Source of the DNA: Vitrella brassicaformis CCMP3155
Taxonomy: Eukaryota; Protista; Chromerida
Reading direction: 5' to 3'
NCBI GenBank assembly: GCA_001179505.1
Contig: CDMY01000334.1
Coordinates: 1-64,000, forward strand
Length of the DNA: 64,000 nucleotides
In this document: piece by piece, positions 13,101-24,810 of the stretch
How positions within the stretch are numbered: position 1 is the first letter of the stretch
Layout: every line of letters starts with the position of its first letter
The notes under the pieces: model-generated
Told to the model about the DNA's origin: nothing
Databases searched by the model: none
What the model saw: only the letters and a program-made list of their open reading frames with translations
Position numbers and translations under genes: made by a program

Positions 13101-16100
13101 TCTTCATTTGTCTGCCCGCTCTCTGGAATCATCAGACGCCTCACGCACAGGGTCTCTCCGCGAGAGTCGCCACTCTCGCGGAGAGAGCCTCAGCGCAAGG
13201 ATGATGATTCCTCGGAACGGACACACAACCACAAACATCAGGTCACCTCAGCTCATCCCCCTCGTCTGTCTGCCTCTCCTCCCTCCCTGATCAGCTTCAC
13301 CGCCTCCCGCCACATCAACCTCGACTCGACCCTCTTCATAACCCACCGGTGCGGCGGCCGCCGACACACCGACCGATACCAAAACACACGCCGCAGCTCA
13401 CGCACCGGGGCACGCACACCACTCCTGTAGTATCGCCGCGCCCTCTTTGCAGGGGGCGGTGCCGCTTCAGCACAATAATCGGGTGTCGTCGGCTCACGTC
13501 GTGTGCGCTTGGGTTGAGGCCTCTCGGCGTCTCTCCTGACGTCTCTGATGGGCCCCCCGAAGAGGTCCTCAAGGAAGCGGCTGCCATCGAAGTCTTCGCC
13601 GCCGCTCGAGGCGGCGCTCTCTCGTCTGTGTGATGCCAGCTCATCGTCAAGTGGCCGAAAGTCGGGGGCAGGGAGGGGGGATGGCTGTAGGTGCTGCTGG
13701 GTCTGGGTGGTGACGGCGGGTGGTTGTGGTGTTCTCTTGGACAGCAGTGCTTGTGTGAACGGGCGGATGGGCTTGCGCATGCCGGCCAGAAGACGCAAGC
13801 ATCGGCTGAAGGAATAGGATACATAGGCACAAGACATGCAAGCACTGTGTCCATCTGTTTGCTGGCTTGTCGGTTCTATCGTTTCGTTTTTGGCTGTCCT
13901 GCCTGAGTGCGGCGAAGGCGGCGAGGTGCATCGGTAGGAAGAAGGTGTGGGCGATCTGCTGCGATATGGCCACGGCGGCACGCCTCACCCGCTCCTCAAC
14001 CACACGCAACGTCTCGCCAAACCCCGTCAGCACCCCACACCCAAGGCTCACCACCTACACGACAGACAACACATCCCCACGTGATCGCCGCGCGAAATGA
14101 ACTTTGTCATTATTTGTCAGTCAGTGACCTACCTTGCATCGTGTGTCATGGTCTTGGATGGTGTCCAGCGTGCTGCAAGCCAGTTGCAGCTGCGCTCCCA
14201 TGGCTCTCAGGTCGGCGCGCAGGAGTGCGTCCATGTGCAGCTGCAGCTCCTTCAACGCCATGAGGTTGGGCTTGCGCCGGTGCTGGTTGCCGTGCTGCAT
14301 TCACACACACAGACACCGCACAGACACACCACAGCTCAGACACCATGAACTTATCCCCATTTGATTCACCTCACCTTGTAGATGAGTCTCTGCAGGAGGA
14401 CGTGTTCGAGTCGCAGAGTGGGAAGCGTCTGGCACACCTGCCGCTCCCACACCGCCTCCAGACGCTTCGCTGCGCTCATCTCTCTTGCTTCTCATTTCTG
14501 AGCTCGCAGCTGCAAGCAATCGGGCACGAGCGGAGAGAGGAGGCCTGCCGCTGCTTGGCGCAGCTTCGCATGAGTGCATGAAATCGTCGTCGATGGGCCG
14601 AGCGCTGTGCGCATGGCGGAAGTCTCGAGATCCAGTGGTTGATGCAGATTAGCCATAGCGATGGGTCAGGTCCCTGCTTCGTTCGCGGCGGAGCAGCCGT
14701 GTGCGCCAGTGAGGGCAGAATCTGACTCTACTGGACATATATCTACTGTAGATTCCAAGGACGGGGAGCGACAGGTACATGGGGGGTGACACTGTCAGAC
14801 AGAGTGACCATCTCATAGGCATGTTGCCGTGTTTTGTGTTGACGCATGCGTCAGGCGTGTCGGGACCAGTTGAATACAATGCCGGCCAGCCACGATGTCC
14901 GACATCAGCTCCAGCTGGACGACCTGTGTCGGGCCATCAGGGGGCCCTTCATGGTCTACCATGGCAGGGACGCCGGCACCGCATCCCCTGTGGCGCAGGT
15001 ATGCAACACTGACTCATCGTCCATCGTCCGTGTGTGGTTTGCAATGTGCACCTTTCTGCCTCAGGTGTGCCACAAGGGGCAGGTCGTGTCGCTCATTCGC
15101 TTCGTTGAGTCCGCCCGCTACATCACGCCGGAGGACCGCCAGCTGGTGTTCCACGCGCCGCTGTCGAGCAAGTATGGGGTAGTGATGGACTTCTCGAGGA
15201 CCGCCACAGGGGACGAGTACGCCTGCGTCAACGCCGTGGCGCCCCTCCACGTCTGCCGAGCCGCCGTGCCCAACGTGCTGCCGGCCCTCCAGCGGTACCT
15301 GGAGCCAGGCGCCAAGGACATCCTGCCAGGGTCACACATGTGTGGTGTGCCGGTGGAGGGGCTGGCGCAGAGGCAGCTGTCGTGCACCTTCGGGCTGGCA
15401 CTGGGGGTGGGTGTGCACTTCGCGCTGGCGTCGGCGACCTCCGCCTATGTCCTCCTGTGCACCGAGCCGGCCGATGCGGTAGCGTCCAGGGCCGTGATCG
15501 CCATGCCTTACATGGAGAAGAGGGAACAGAGGGAGCTCCTGGCGGCGGGCGCGGAGGTGGTGTGGCTGCCGGTGCACCACCCCGAGGTGCGGTACCCCGA
15601 GATCCTGCCCTTCCAGCGGCCAGGGGAGGTGCCGGTGATCAAGACGCGCCAGGGGCGGGTGGAATGTGTTGCCGATCGGGCATTGGCCCTCGGAACGTCC
15701 CAGACGGGGCGTCTGCCCGGTTTGTGGTGGCTGTGTGCTTGTTGACTGTTTGACTGATGCACATGGTGATCCTCCTCCAGAGGACGACGCCCCCGCCGCC
15801 GCCCGTAGTCAGTGTGCACATAGTAAGTAAGGGGAAGGGCGGGGCGGGAAAGGTAGGTAGCTGGGGGGGTGGGTGCAGGTGGGTCGGAGGGTTGGAGGGT
15901 TGGATGTCGCGTCGCAGTATGTGTGGTGGGGTTATGAATGGGGCAGGTAGGGAATGTTCATCGCTAAGTGACTCGTCCGATCGACGATTGCTTTTGCTTT
16001 GCCTGTTGATAGTGTGAACCGATCGGGCATTCACTGGATGACAGACGAACACGCCTGTCCGCTTTACTTTGTCTGTCTGCCACCTGCACGTTGATGTTGC

Positions 16101-17249
16101 GTGAAGGTTGGTCGGATGACGTCTGTCTGCCTGCCTGTTTTGTGTCCTGTGCACACGAGAGCAGCCCCATGCACCGCAACACAAGCAGTACATAAGTACC
16201 TGCAGAAGCCATCCACCCAGTGCATTTTCATCCAGCAGGCCTGATGACAATACTTACATTGTCTATGTAGTGTGTTTGCGTTTCCTTTTCTCGTCCCTCC
16301 ATGAATGAGAGTTTCACGCAATGTCCTAAGTCTGCGAGCTAAGCTGGAAGAAGCATCCTGGAGGCGATCCGGTGAGAGGACACACACCATTTAATGAAGC
16401 AGATCTATGCAATGACGAATGCAGCGCATGCATTTGTTCTTCTTTCTCTGTTGGCGTGGTGCCTGTTGGTTCGTTGGTGCGTGCAGACGGGTCGCACCGC
16501 TCGAAGACCAGCCCTGCCCTCAGTGACTCACAGTCGGCCGGCCATGGTGGACGATGAGGTACATCGCAGGCTGATTGGCAGCGAGCGAGAGGTGTGACTC
16601 CTCTCTTTTCTCTCCCTCCCTTCTCTCTCTGCANNNNNNNNNNNNNNNNNNNNNNNNNNNNNNNNNNNNNNNNNNNNNNNNNNNNNNNNNNNNNNNNNNN
16701 NNNNNNNNNNNNNNNNNNNNNNNNNNNNNNNNNNNNNNNNNNNNNNNNNNNNNNNNNNNNNNNNNNNNNNNNNNNNNNNNNNNNNNNNNNNNNNNNNNNN
16801 NNNNNNNNNNNNNNNNNNNNNNNNNNNNNNNNNNNNNNNNNNNNNNNNNNNNNNNNNNNNNNNNNNNNNNNNNNNNNNNNNNNNNNNNNNNNNNNNNNNN
16901 NNNNNNNNNNNNNNNNNNNNNNNNNNNNNNNNNCGAGCAGGCACCACGTCGGCCAAGCGCATCTTGGGGGGGCCTGAGGGTGGTGGTGGTGCTGCTGGTG
17001 CTGCTGACATGAAGACGGTCATCCAGCTGTCTACCAAAGTCATCGACTCAGAATACAGGTCCACCCTGCCACACACACACACACACACACAAACACACGG
17101 ATCTCTCTCCCTCTCTGTGCCTCCGTGTGTGCATGTTTGCAGGTTGAAGAAGACTTTGCTGCACGAGTGCTGCCACGTAGCTCAGTTTGTGCTTGAGAGG
17201 GAATTCCGCCCGCCACACGGACGCGCCTTCTGGAAATGGTGTGGCCACA

Positions 17250-17280
<31 letters not shown>

Positions 17281-18110
17281 GGGGGGGCAGGAAGAGACGA
17301 GAGAGAGAGAGAGAGAGACACAGCATACGTCTGTGTGTCTGTCTGTGTGTCTGTCTGTGAAAGGGCGCGCATCGCAACCCGTCGCTTCCCCGATCTGCCG
17401 GTGGAGACGTGCCATTCCTACGACGTGCACTACAAGTGCAAGTACCAGTGCACCGCATGCGGCAAAATGTATGTAATTACAGACAGATGTCTACACACGG
17501 ACGGACACATGAGACACGCTGGTGCCGGTGTGTGTGATGTGTGGCTGATGTGTGTGTGTGTGTGCAGGTTTGGGCGTCACTCCAAGTCCCTCGACACCGC
17601 CCGATACCGATGCAAATGCGGCGGGCGGATCGTGTAAGTAATACACCTTGAGTGCACTGACTGACAGAGACCACTGCACTGCCTGCAGTGCGTTTGTGCG
17701 GTGTCTCTCTCTGTTGGTCTGCGAGCAGTTACTTGGGCATGTTTGATCCGGACGGCCGCCGCATCGCCGAGAAGGTCCCCACACCGTACAACCGATTCGT
17801 CAAGGTGGGTGGGTGTGCTGTGGCTTGCAGGTGTGGGCGACTCAATGAAATCCTTGTGTGTGTGTGTGTGTGTGTGCGCGTGTGCCTGTAGGAGCGTTAC
17901 GAGAGCGTCCGAGCTGAGATGCCGCCCGGCACCCCGAACGCCAAAGTGCTGCAGAGGGTCGCGCAGATCTGGTACGGACGGACGTTATGGCGTCGAGTGA
18001 TGGCATGCAAGTGCATCCGTCCGTCCGTCCGTCCATATGTGTGTGTGTATGTGTGTGTGTGTGGCAGGAAGGACCGCAAGAATCGCTCAGATGGCAGCGA
18101 CAATGAGTAG
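10108..18110 (+). CDS. GCNA: GCNA/ACRC (germ cell nuclear acidic protein): disordered N-terminus, SprT metalloprotease, Zn ribbon, HMG-like tail. Interrupted by gaps and a misplaced contig.
   Basis: YRTFNREVFDG..LPADLVINWNARLLTTAG; IQLSTKVIDSE..RLKKTLLHECCH (HExxH); PPHGRAFWKW; CHSYDVHYKCKYQCTACG..FGRHSKSLDTARYRCKCGG; TPYNRFVKERYESVRAEMP..AKVLQRVAQIW. Stop at 18108-18110. The start codon is uncertain. Confidence 0.85.
12437..12736. other. Assembly gap (300 N)
   Basis: Run of N. The sequence before it (12191-12436) is repeated exactly after the next gap (16934-17179). Confidence 0.99.
13153..13186. other. Perfect 15-bp inverted repeat with a 4-nt loop
   Basis: tctctccgcgagagt-cgcc-actctcgcggagaga, just downstream of the minus-strand RMP64-like gene. 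Confidence 0.8.
13253..14479 (-). CDS. NEPRO/RMP64-like (DUF4477) nucleolar protein, putative RNase MRP subunit
   Basis: MSAAKRLEAVWERQVCQTLPTLRLEHVLLQRLIYK|QHGNQHRRKPNLMALKELQ resembles the family motif L..LIYKN.NQHRR. HTFFLPMHLAAFAALS|RCLRLL resembles the FF....LA.LSR motif but needs a GC-AG intron. Recognised from memory of the family, not by search. Confidence 0.55.
14879..15745 (+). CDS. Hypothetical protein, possibly a degenerate RAP/DUF559-like domain
   Basis: Long GC3-rich ORF with an in-frame 66-nt intron (about 14999-15064). The C-terminal MEKREQRELLAAGAEVVWLPVHH loosely resembles the RAP pattern K.R.L...G..V+.+P. The 3' end is uncertain. Confidence 0.55.
   Translation: MPASHDVRHQLQLDDLCRAIRGPFMVYHGRDAGTASPVAQVCNTDSSSIVRVWFAMCTFLPQVCHKGQVVSLIRFVESARYITPEDRQLVFHAPLSSKYGVVMDFSRTATGDEYACVNAVAPLHVCRAAVPNVLPALQRYLEPGAKDILPGSHMCGVPVEGLAQRQLSCTFGLALGVGVHFALASATSAYVLLCTEPADAVASRAVIAMPYMEKREQRELLAAGAEVVWLPVHHPEVRYPEILPFQRPGEVPVIKTRQGRVECVADRALALGTSQTGRLPGLWWLCAC
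16634..16933. other. Assembly gap (300 N)
   Basis: Run of N. Confidence 0.99.
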
Positions 18111-18423
18111 CGACGTCCGTTCATTGCCGTGAGCACAAGCGTGCAGGGGTCGATGGAATGACGTCGACACGCACACACACTCACCATTGAATGCATTGCA
18201 AGTCAGTCAACGAAGGAGCACAAACGTACAGAATCCGACAGAGAGAGCAAGAGAGCGCCCCGCCCCGGTCTGCCTGTACAATCCCTTTCTACCCCCACCC
18301 CAACCCCAGCCACCGCACACACATTGCCCGTCGGCCTGTCTGTACAGCGACGCATTCACGAAAGACAACAAATAAATCCTTTGATTGATGGGCCACTGCA
18401 ATGATACAATCGTCCTTGCTATG

Positions 18424-19447
18424 CTAGCTGGTGTCCATCATGACGTCGCCATCAGCATCTGCAGCGCCGCTAGCAGTGCCGTTGTGTGTGTAATGGTCTT
18501 GTGGTGATGGTGCGGCGGGGTCCTCCAGCAGAGTGCAGGTGGGGCAGTGGAACAGCGTGCCCTCCGCCAACACGCGACATTCGCTGCACAACACACACCC
18601 ACGCCATGCCACGCCGCACACACACACACACACACGCATGAAGAAATAGGTCTGTCTGTGCGGTGGATTGGACGGTGGAGTGTTGGTGCCCCCGCCCACC
18701 CCACCTGCAGTAGACCTCCCGGCAATCGGGACACCTGAAGGCAACTGCCAAGGCAGACAGACAGAAGACAGGCGCACCCTCCCTGTCTATGAGCTCAATC
18801 ACTTCACAGACAGACAGTCAGACAGTCACCTTCCTTACTTGTGAGGTTCTTCCTCCTGCAGCCCACGCACACGCCCCCTTCCTCACACTGCACACACACA
18901 CACACACAAGAGTTAGCTAGCTACAAACACACACAGAGACACACACCCGCCCACTGACCTGCTGGAAGGGCTTCATAGGGAAGAGGTGGTGAAACGACCG
19001 CGCGATGTCCGTCGCCGAGACCAGGTTGAGAGTGCACGTCTGAGACGCACACACACACATACACACACACACACACACACAGAGACATTCGGTGCCCATG
19101 TGGTCCATCCATCCATCCATCCAGCCAGCCAGCCAGGCAGCCAGCCAGCCAGGCAGCCAGCCAGCCAGCCATGTGTGTGGCCATGTGCTCACTCACTCAC
19201 GCGGCATTTGGACGGCACATTGCAGACGAGAGACCGACAGCGGGGACAGATGTAACCCTCGTGGCTGCAGCCATGACATGAGCCCGTCAATGAATCACAT
19301 CAACTCACACGCATGTGTGTGTGTGTGTGTGTGTGTGGTCTTGCTTACGTGACTCGCAGGTGGCAGACACACATCATTGGCTCCTTCCGCCTCTGCAACG
19401 TCGGAAAGCCCATCGGCACAAGCGTCTGCTGCATCCCTACACACACA

Positions 19448-19482
<35 letters not shown>

Positions 19483-20837
19483 GTCTACCACACACATCCA
19501 CTCAAGCCCACGTACCCTTCGCCCAGAGGGGCGGGCTGACGTGCGCCAGCAGGAGCTCCTCGAAATGGGCAGTCGACAGCGCCACGGTGTACTCGCCCCC
19601 GGTCTCCTTGCACACCGTCTGTATGCATCAACGCATCAATCAATGGTCAGTCAGCGCGTCCACCGAGTGCGTGTGTCGACGACACCCACCCCACCCCACC
19701 AGCTACTGACTCATTCACTCACCTTGAGGACATACATCTCTGGCGAGAGTCCGACGATCGACACGCGAATGCCCGCCGCCTTGAGCGCCTCAACGGTGGT
19801 CGATATCAACCTGCACGTGCACGTCTACATGGATGGCTGTGCTGTGTCGCATGGATGGATGGCGCGTACCGTACCCTACCTACCCTACCCGGCGTCGCAG
19901 GTGTTGAGGCTGCCATAGACGATGAGGACCTCCCGCGTGCCGTAGGGCGGGATCACCGACAGGAGCCGCAAACACCGCTGCACACAAACACCGTCTCGTC
20001 TACGTGTGCCGTTCGTTCGTTCGTTGGTGTATGCATGTGATGTGGCCGGGCTAGAGCACGTCAGTCACGTGTTGGCGGCTGTGCTGTGCTGTGCTCACCT
20101 CCAGCCCGGTTTGCAGCGACGGGTAGCCCTCCAAGCCTTGCTGCTCCTTCACCAGCTCCAATTGGTGAATCTGACCAACACAACACACACACGTCCACAC
20201 GTATAGATGTGTGTGTGTGTGTGTGTGTGTGTGTTGGTCAGACGTGCACTGCACCTGTTCGGCGGGGTTTGAGGTCATGGGGACGAGCAGGTCGGCCCGC
20301 CGGTTGCGGAGCGTGACGATAGCCATCTGCGAGATGGGGTTCTGGCTGTAGTACTCACGGATGAACGACTGCATGGGTGACCGAACAAACACACAAACAC
20401 ACAAACAAACAGACAGGCAGTGAGTAGTGAGTGGACGAGTGAGTGGACGAGTGAGTGCAACACACAACACACGCTCAGACCAGTCAGTCAGTCAGTCAAC
20501 ACTCCTTTGTGTATGAGTGAGTGTGTGTGGGTTCGTGCACTGCATGCCAGGCCTACAGAGCACTTCTGGATGGCGCAGTTGATGCGGTCTGGCCGGAAGT
20601 CCAGGTCGCGCATCGACAACGACATGTCCAGCACCAGCACCATGTTCCTAAACACACACACACACACATTCACACATTCAGCAAATCAATCGCATCAAGG
20701 ATTATGCGTGGACACCTCACCTACCTGATCATGCCTTTCCTGACTCGTGCTCGCGGACCGCCGACCGTTGCGGCCCTCTGGCCGGCTCCTGTGAACACAG
20801 TGGCGCGTGGCGCGTTTGAACCAGCACCCATTGATTG

Positions 20838-20871
<34 letters not shown>

Positions 20872-21292
20872 CATCCTCCTGCCCGGCGCCGGTGCCCAAC
20901 AGGATGCCGCCGCTCACCTGCACACACACACACACACACACACGGGTGCTCCTGTGTGTGATTGTGATGGTGTGTCCATGGCTTGCTGTGTGTAAGGTCG
21001 TTCAGTCGCCAACAAACCTGACCTGCACGTTCTCCCAGGACTTCTCATAGTCCTGATGACACACACACACACACACACTTCGTCTTTTTGCGCATCTGAC
21101 TCATTCACTGCTTCATTCATTCACACATCTCATCCATTCGTTCGTCCGCACCTTCTCCCAGCTGAATTTCTCGGCGTCTTCCTCCTCCTGGATGTCGTCC
21201 TCGCCGTCCAGCAGATCCTCCACATGCTCCATCCCACCACCAGATCCAACACCTCCTCCACCACCAGCAGGGGCCGCAGCTGCCGCCGCCAT
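18424..21292 (-). CDS. GTF2H2: TFIIH subunit p44 / Ssl1 (VWA plus C-terminal Zn fingers)
   Basis: EDAEKFSWEK|DYEKSWENV; RNMVLVLDMSLSMRDLDFRPDR; FIREYYSQNPISQMAIV; YPSLQTGLE; PPYGTREVLIVYGSLNTCDAG; CQTCTLNLVSATDIARSFHHLFP; C-terminal Cys-rich fingers. Confidence 0.95.
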
Positions 21293-21687
21293 TCTCCTTT
21301 GCCTCTTTCTCTTTCTCTTTCGCCGCAGCGGTTTCACTCTTTCTCTTTCGCCACGTCGCGAGCCTGAGCTTGCGGAAGGCTCGGCGTTTGGGGTTCGCGA
21401 GTGCGATGCATTGAGCGCAATGTTGAGCTGACAGAGATCCAAGCAGAAGCAGCGCACTGCTGACCACGACAGGTGAGTCACTGCACATGATCTGCATGAT
21501 CGGTGTGTGGGACACGCCGCGATGTGCGGCAGGATGGGGGCGATGCCCTGCCCACACCGTCCCACGTCCATCGCACCACAGATGACACGTGTATGAGTGA
21601 TGGATGACATCAACTGCCACTGCATTCATTCCGCCTCTCTGTCTGTCTGTTTCTCTCCGCGCGTGTGTGTGTGGGATCTGTCAGAAA

Positions 21688-24600
21688 ATGGATGAGCACA
21701 GTGACAATGGGCGCCACGCAAGCAACGGGCGCATCAGCGTCTTGGGCGAGGACGAGCGCGCCACGACAGCAGCAGGTACCCTACCCACGCCCACAAGTCG
21801 TCACGGTCCGTCGGAGGGTCTCTTTGGTGGGTACCTGTGGGGCGTGTGCACAGGAGGCGAGTACGGCTGCGGCAGCGGCGGCGTTAAGTCGCCCGAGCTG
21901 CCCATCCCCACTGAGTGGGGCGAGGAGAGCATACAGGTGACTGACGACGAGTGATCAGTGAATCAATGAAGGAACGAATGGATGGATGGCTGTGGCTGTC
22001 CCTGGCTCACCTGCTCTGCTCTGCTCTGCTCTGCTCTGCTCTGCCGTGTGTGGTGTGTGTTGATTTATCAGTCGCTGACACCGATGGAGATGGCGGTCGG
22101 GCAGGACGTCGTCAAAGACCTCATGGTGGCCTCCAAAGATGTGGCGCCCGACAAGTACGCGCCATCCACACACTCTGCCTGCCTAGAAGATGACTGAGTG
22201 AGGCGTGTGTGTGCAGGGAGAGGGGCGCGACGAGGCCGCCCATATGGAGAGGATGGAGAGAGGCGGTGGGTGGGGTGCGGCATCGTGTTTTCATTCAATC
22301 GTTCATTCTAGGCATCCATCATCAATGTGATGTGTGTACGTGGGCGTGAGTGCAGGCAACGGGTTTGTTTCACTGGACGACCAAGTCCGCACGCAGACAG
22401 AACACCGACAATGTACGCACACAGACAGACAGGCAGACAGACAGACAGACACAGACAGACAGGCACCTACACCTGCACCTGCACACACACACACACGCGA
22501 CGAGAGAAGCGTGTATGTGTGTGTGTGTGTGTGTGTGGCATATCTGCAGACGACCCCCACCACACAGTCGTCCTACACCAAGAGCAGTGCCACCACAGTC
22601 AGGTAAGGCAACCAGCGCCCCGCCCACATGAATCCATGATGTGTCTATGTGTCCATGGCCTGGGTCAGCGGCCACCTGGCGTCCGAGGCGTCCTTCTCGC
22701 CTGCAGGCAACCCGTTGCAATGTACGCTCACCCCTCCCTNNNNNNNNNNNNNNNNNNNNNNNNNNNNNNNNNNNNNNNNNNNNNNNNNNNNNNNNNNNNN
22801 NNNNNNNNNNNNNNNNNNNNNNNNNNNNNNNNNNNNNNNNNNNNNNNNNNNNNNNNNNNNNNNNNNNNNNNNNNNNNNNNNNNNNNNNNNNNNNNNNNNN
22901 NNNNNNNNNNNNNNNNNNNNNNNNNNNNNNNNNNNNNNNNNNNNNNNNNNNNNNNNNNNNNNNNNNNNNNNNNNNNNNNNNNNNNNNNNNNNNNNNNNNN
23001 NNNNNNNNNNNNNNNNNNNNNNNNNNNNNNNNNNNNNNNACGGAGAGACAGAGAAAGAGGGAGACTTGCATACAGCGCACATGCGACACGTGCATCTGCA
23101 GCTGCGGCTGCCCCCCGCCCGCCACCGCCCTCCCTGGCCATCAGCGTCAAACTCGCAGCCCATGACCAGACACCGAGTACACACACACGCACGTAGACAC
23201 ACACACACATACACGCATGTACTGCCTGGCTGCCTACAGGGAACACGGGCGACGAGGCTGTTGACGAAAACGCCGAAAGTAAGTACGCTCACACACCACA
23301 ACAGACCAGACCACACCAGTCCGCATGGCATCCACTGGCTTGGGTGCCTGCCTGCCTGCCTGCATACTGACTGAGCAGGTCACTCCCGGCGCCCACAAGA
23401 CGAAGGCCCCTTCCTGCTGGCCTCCAACGACGACGGTGGCCAGAACGACAACAGCGGGACACTGCGCAACGGGTGGGTGGGTGCCTGTGGGTCCGCTCCG
23501 CGGGAGTGTGTCTGGACACTCGTGTGTTGTGTCTGTTTGTTGATTCGTTTGTGCCTGCAGGGACGGCGCACCTGCCGCTCTGTCGGGCAGCAGAATCGCG
23601 CTGGCCAGGTCGGGGGGCACGGTTGCCATCTTCCCATCCCCACAGAGACCATCAGCACCAGCACCAGCAGCAGCACCAGAAGGGTCGGCTACTCGCCCGT
23701 CGCAGCAGCTGGGCAGCTCCCATCAGAGCCTCAGCAGCAGCCAAGGCAGCCACAACGACAGAAATGGTCAGTCAGTCGCTTTGTCGGTCGCCATACTGTG
23801 CACGCTAGCTACACAATGGCCACTAACGTGTGTGTGTGTGTGTGTGATGGGATGTGAGCAGGTCCGATGCAGCTGGCGCATGCCACCAGTACTACTAGTG
23901 GTGGTGGTGGAGGGGCCAGGGTGAGGACCAACGGCATCGCCATTCCCTCACACAGAGGTGAGCAAGTAACTAACTAACCACCTAGCTAACTAACTGATGG
24001 ATGGATGGATGGATGGGCGGCTGCAGGGATTCTCAACGGCCGCAGAGGCTTCAGAAACCGCGGCAGATGCCTCGTCAAGAAGTGAGCCCCACGATGCACC
24101 GACACCCACTCACTCACTCACCCGACCCCTCAGCCCAGCCCACACGTGTGGATCGATCACTCACCCGACCCGCTCAGCCCAGCCCACACGTGTGGATCGA
24201 TGGGATGGATGGATGGATGGATGGTCGGTGTATGTATCGGAAATGTGTGCAGCAGGTCATCGGCCCCCTGCTACGCGCCCAACCCCCAAGTGCAGTCGGC
24301 CGTGCGCAAGCTGCTCGAAATGAGAGACGAGGAGCTCGATGCCATCGCGGATGAGGTGCGGTGCGCGTGAATGAATCCAGACAGACAGACACACACAGGG
24401 GTGTGCATGGGATGGCCACTGTGGTGTGCAGCACTTCACGCTTCACGACTTGGACCAGTCGTCGTCTCTGTCGCTGGAGGAGACCTATGCCTTTCTCAAC
24501 GAGCTCTCTCGCGGATGGGACATCCCGCCGCCTGACGACCACGTACTAACGGGCCCATTCTCAGCGAAATGGCAACGAATGAGTGGGTGGACTCATGTGT

Positions 24601-24771
24601 GGGTGTGTGCGTGTGCGTGTGTGGGACATGTGCAGACGACGCAGCTGCTCTACTCGAAGTTCGCCGACCCCGGGAGTTTGGAGATGCACCGGAGCGACTT
24701 TGTGGAGTTCTACAGACACCTCCTCTGCTACATACGCGACCAGGCAGGATGGCAGATAGATGCCGTGACGA

Positions 24772-24810
<39 letters not shown>

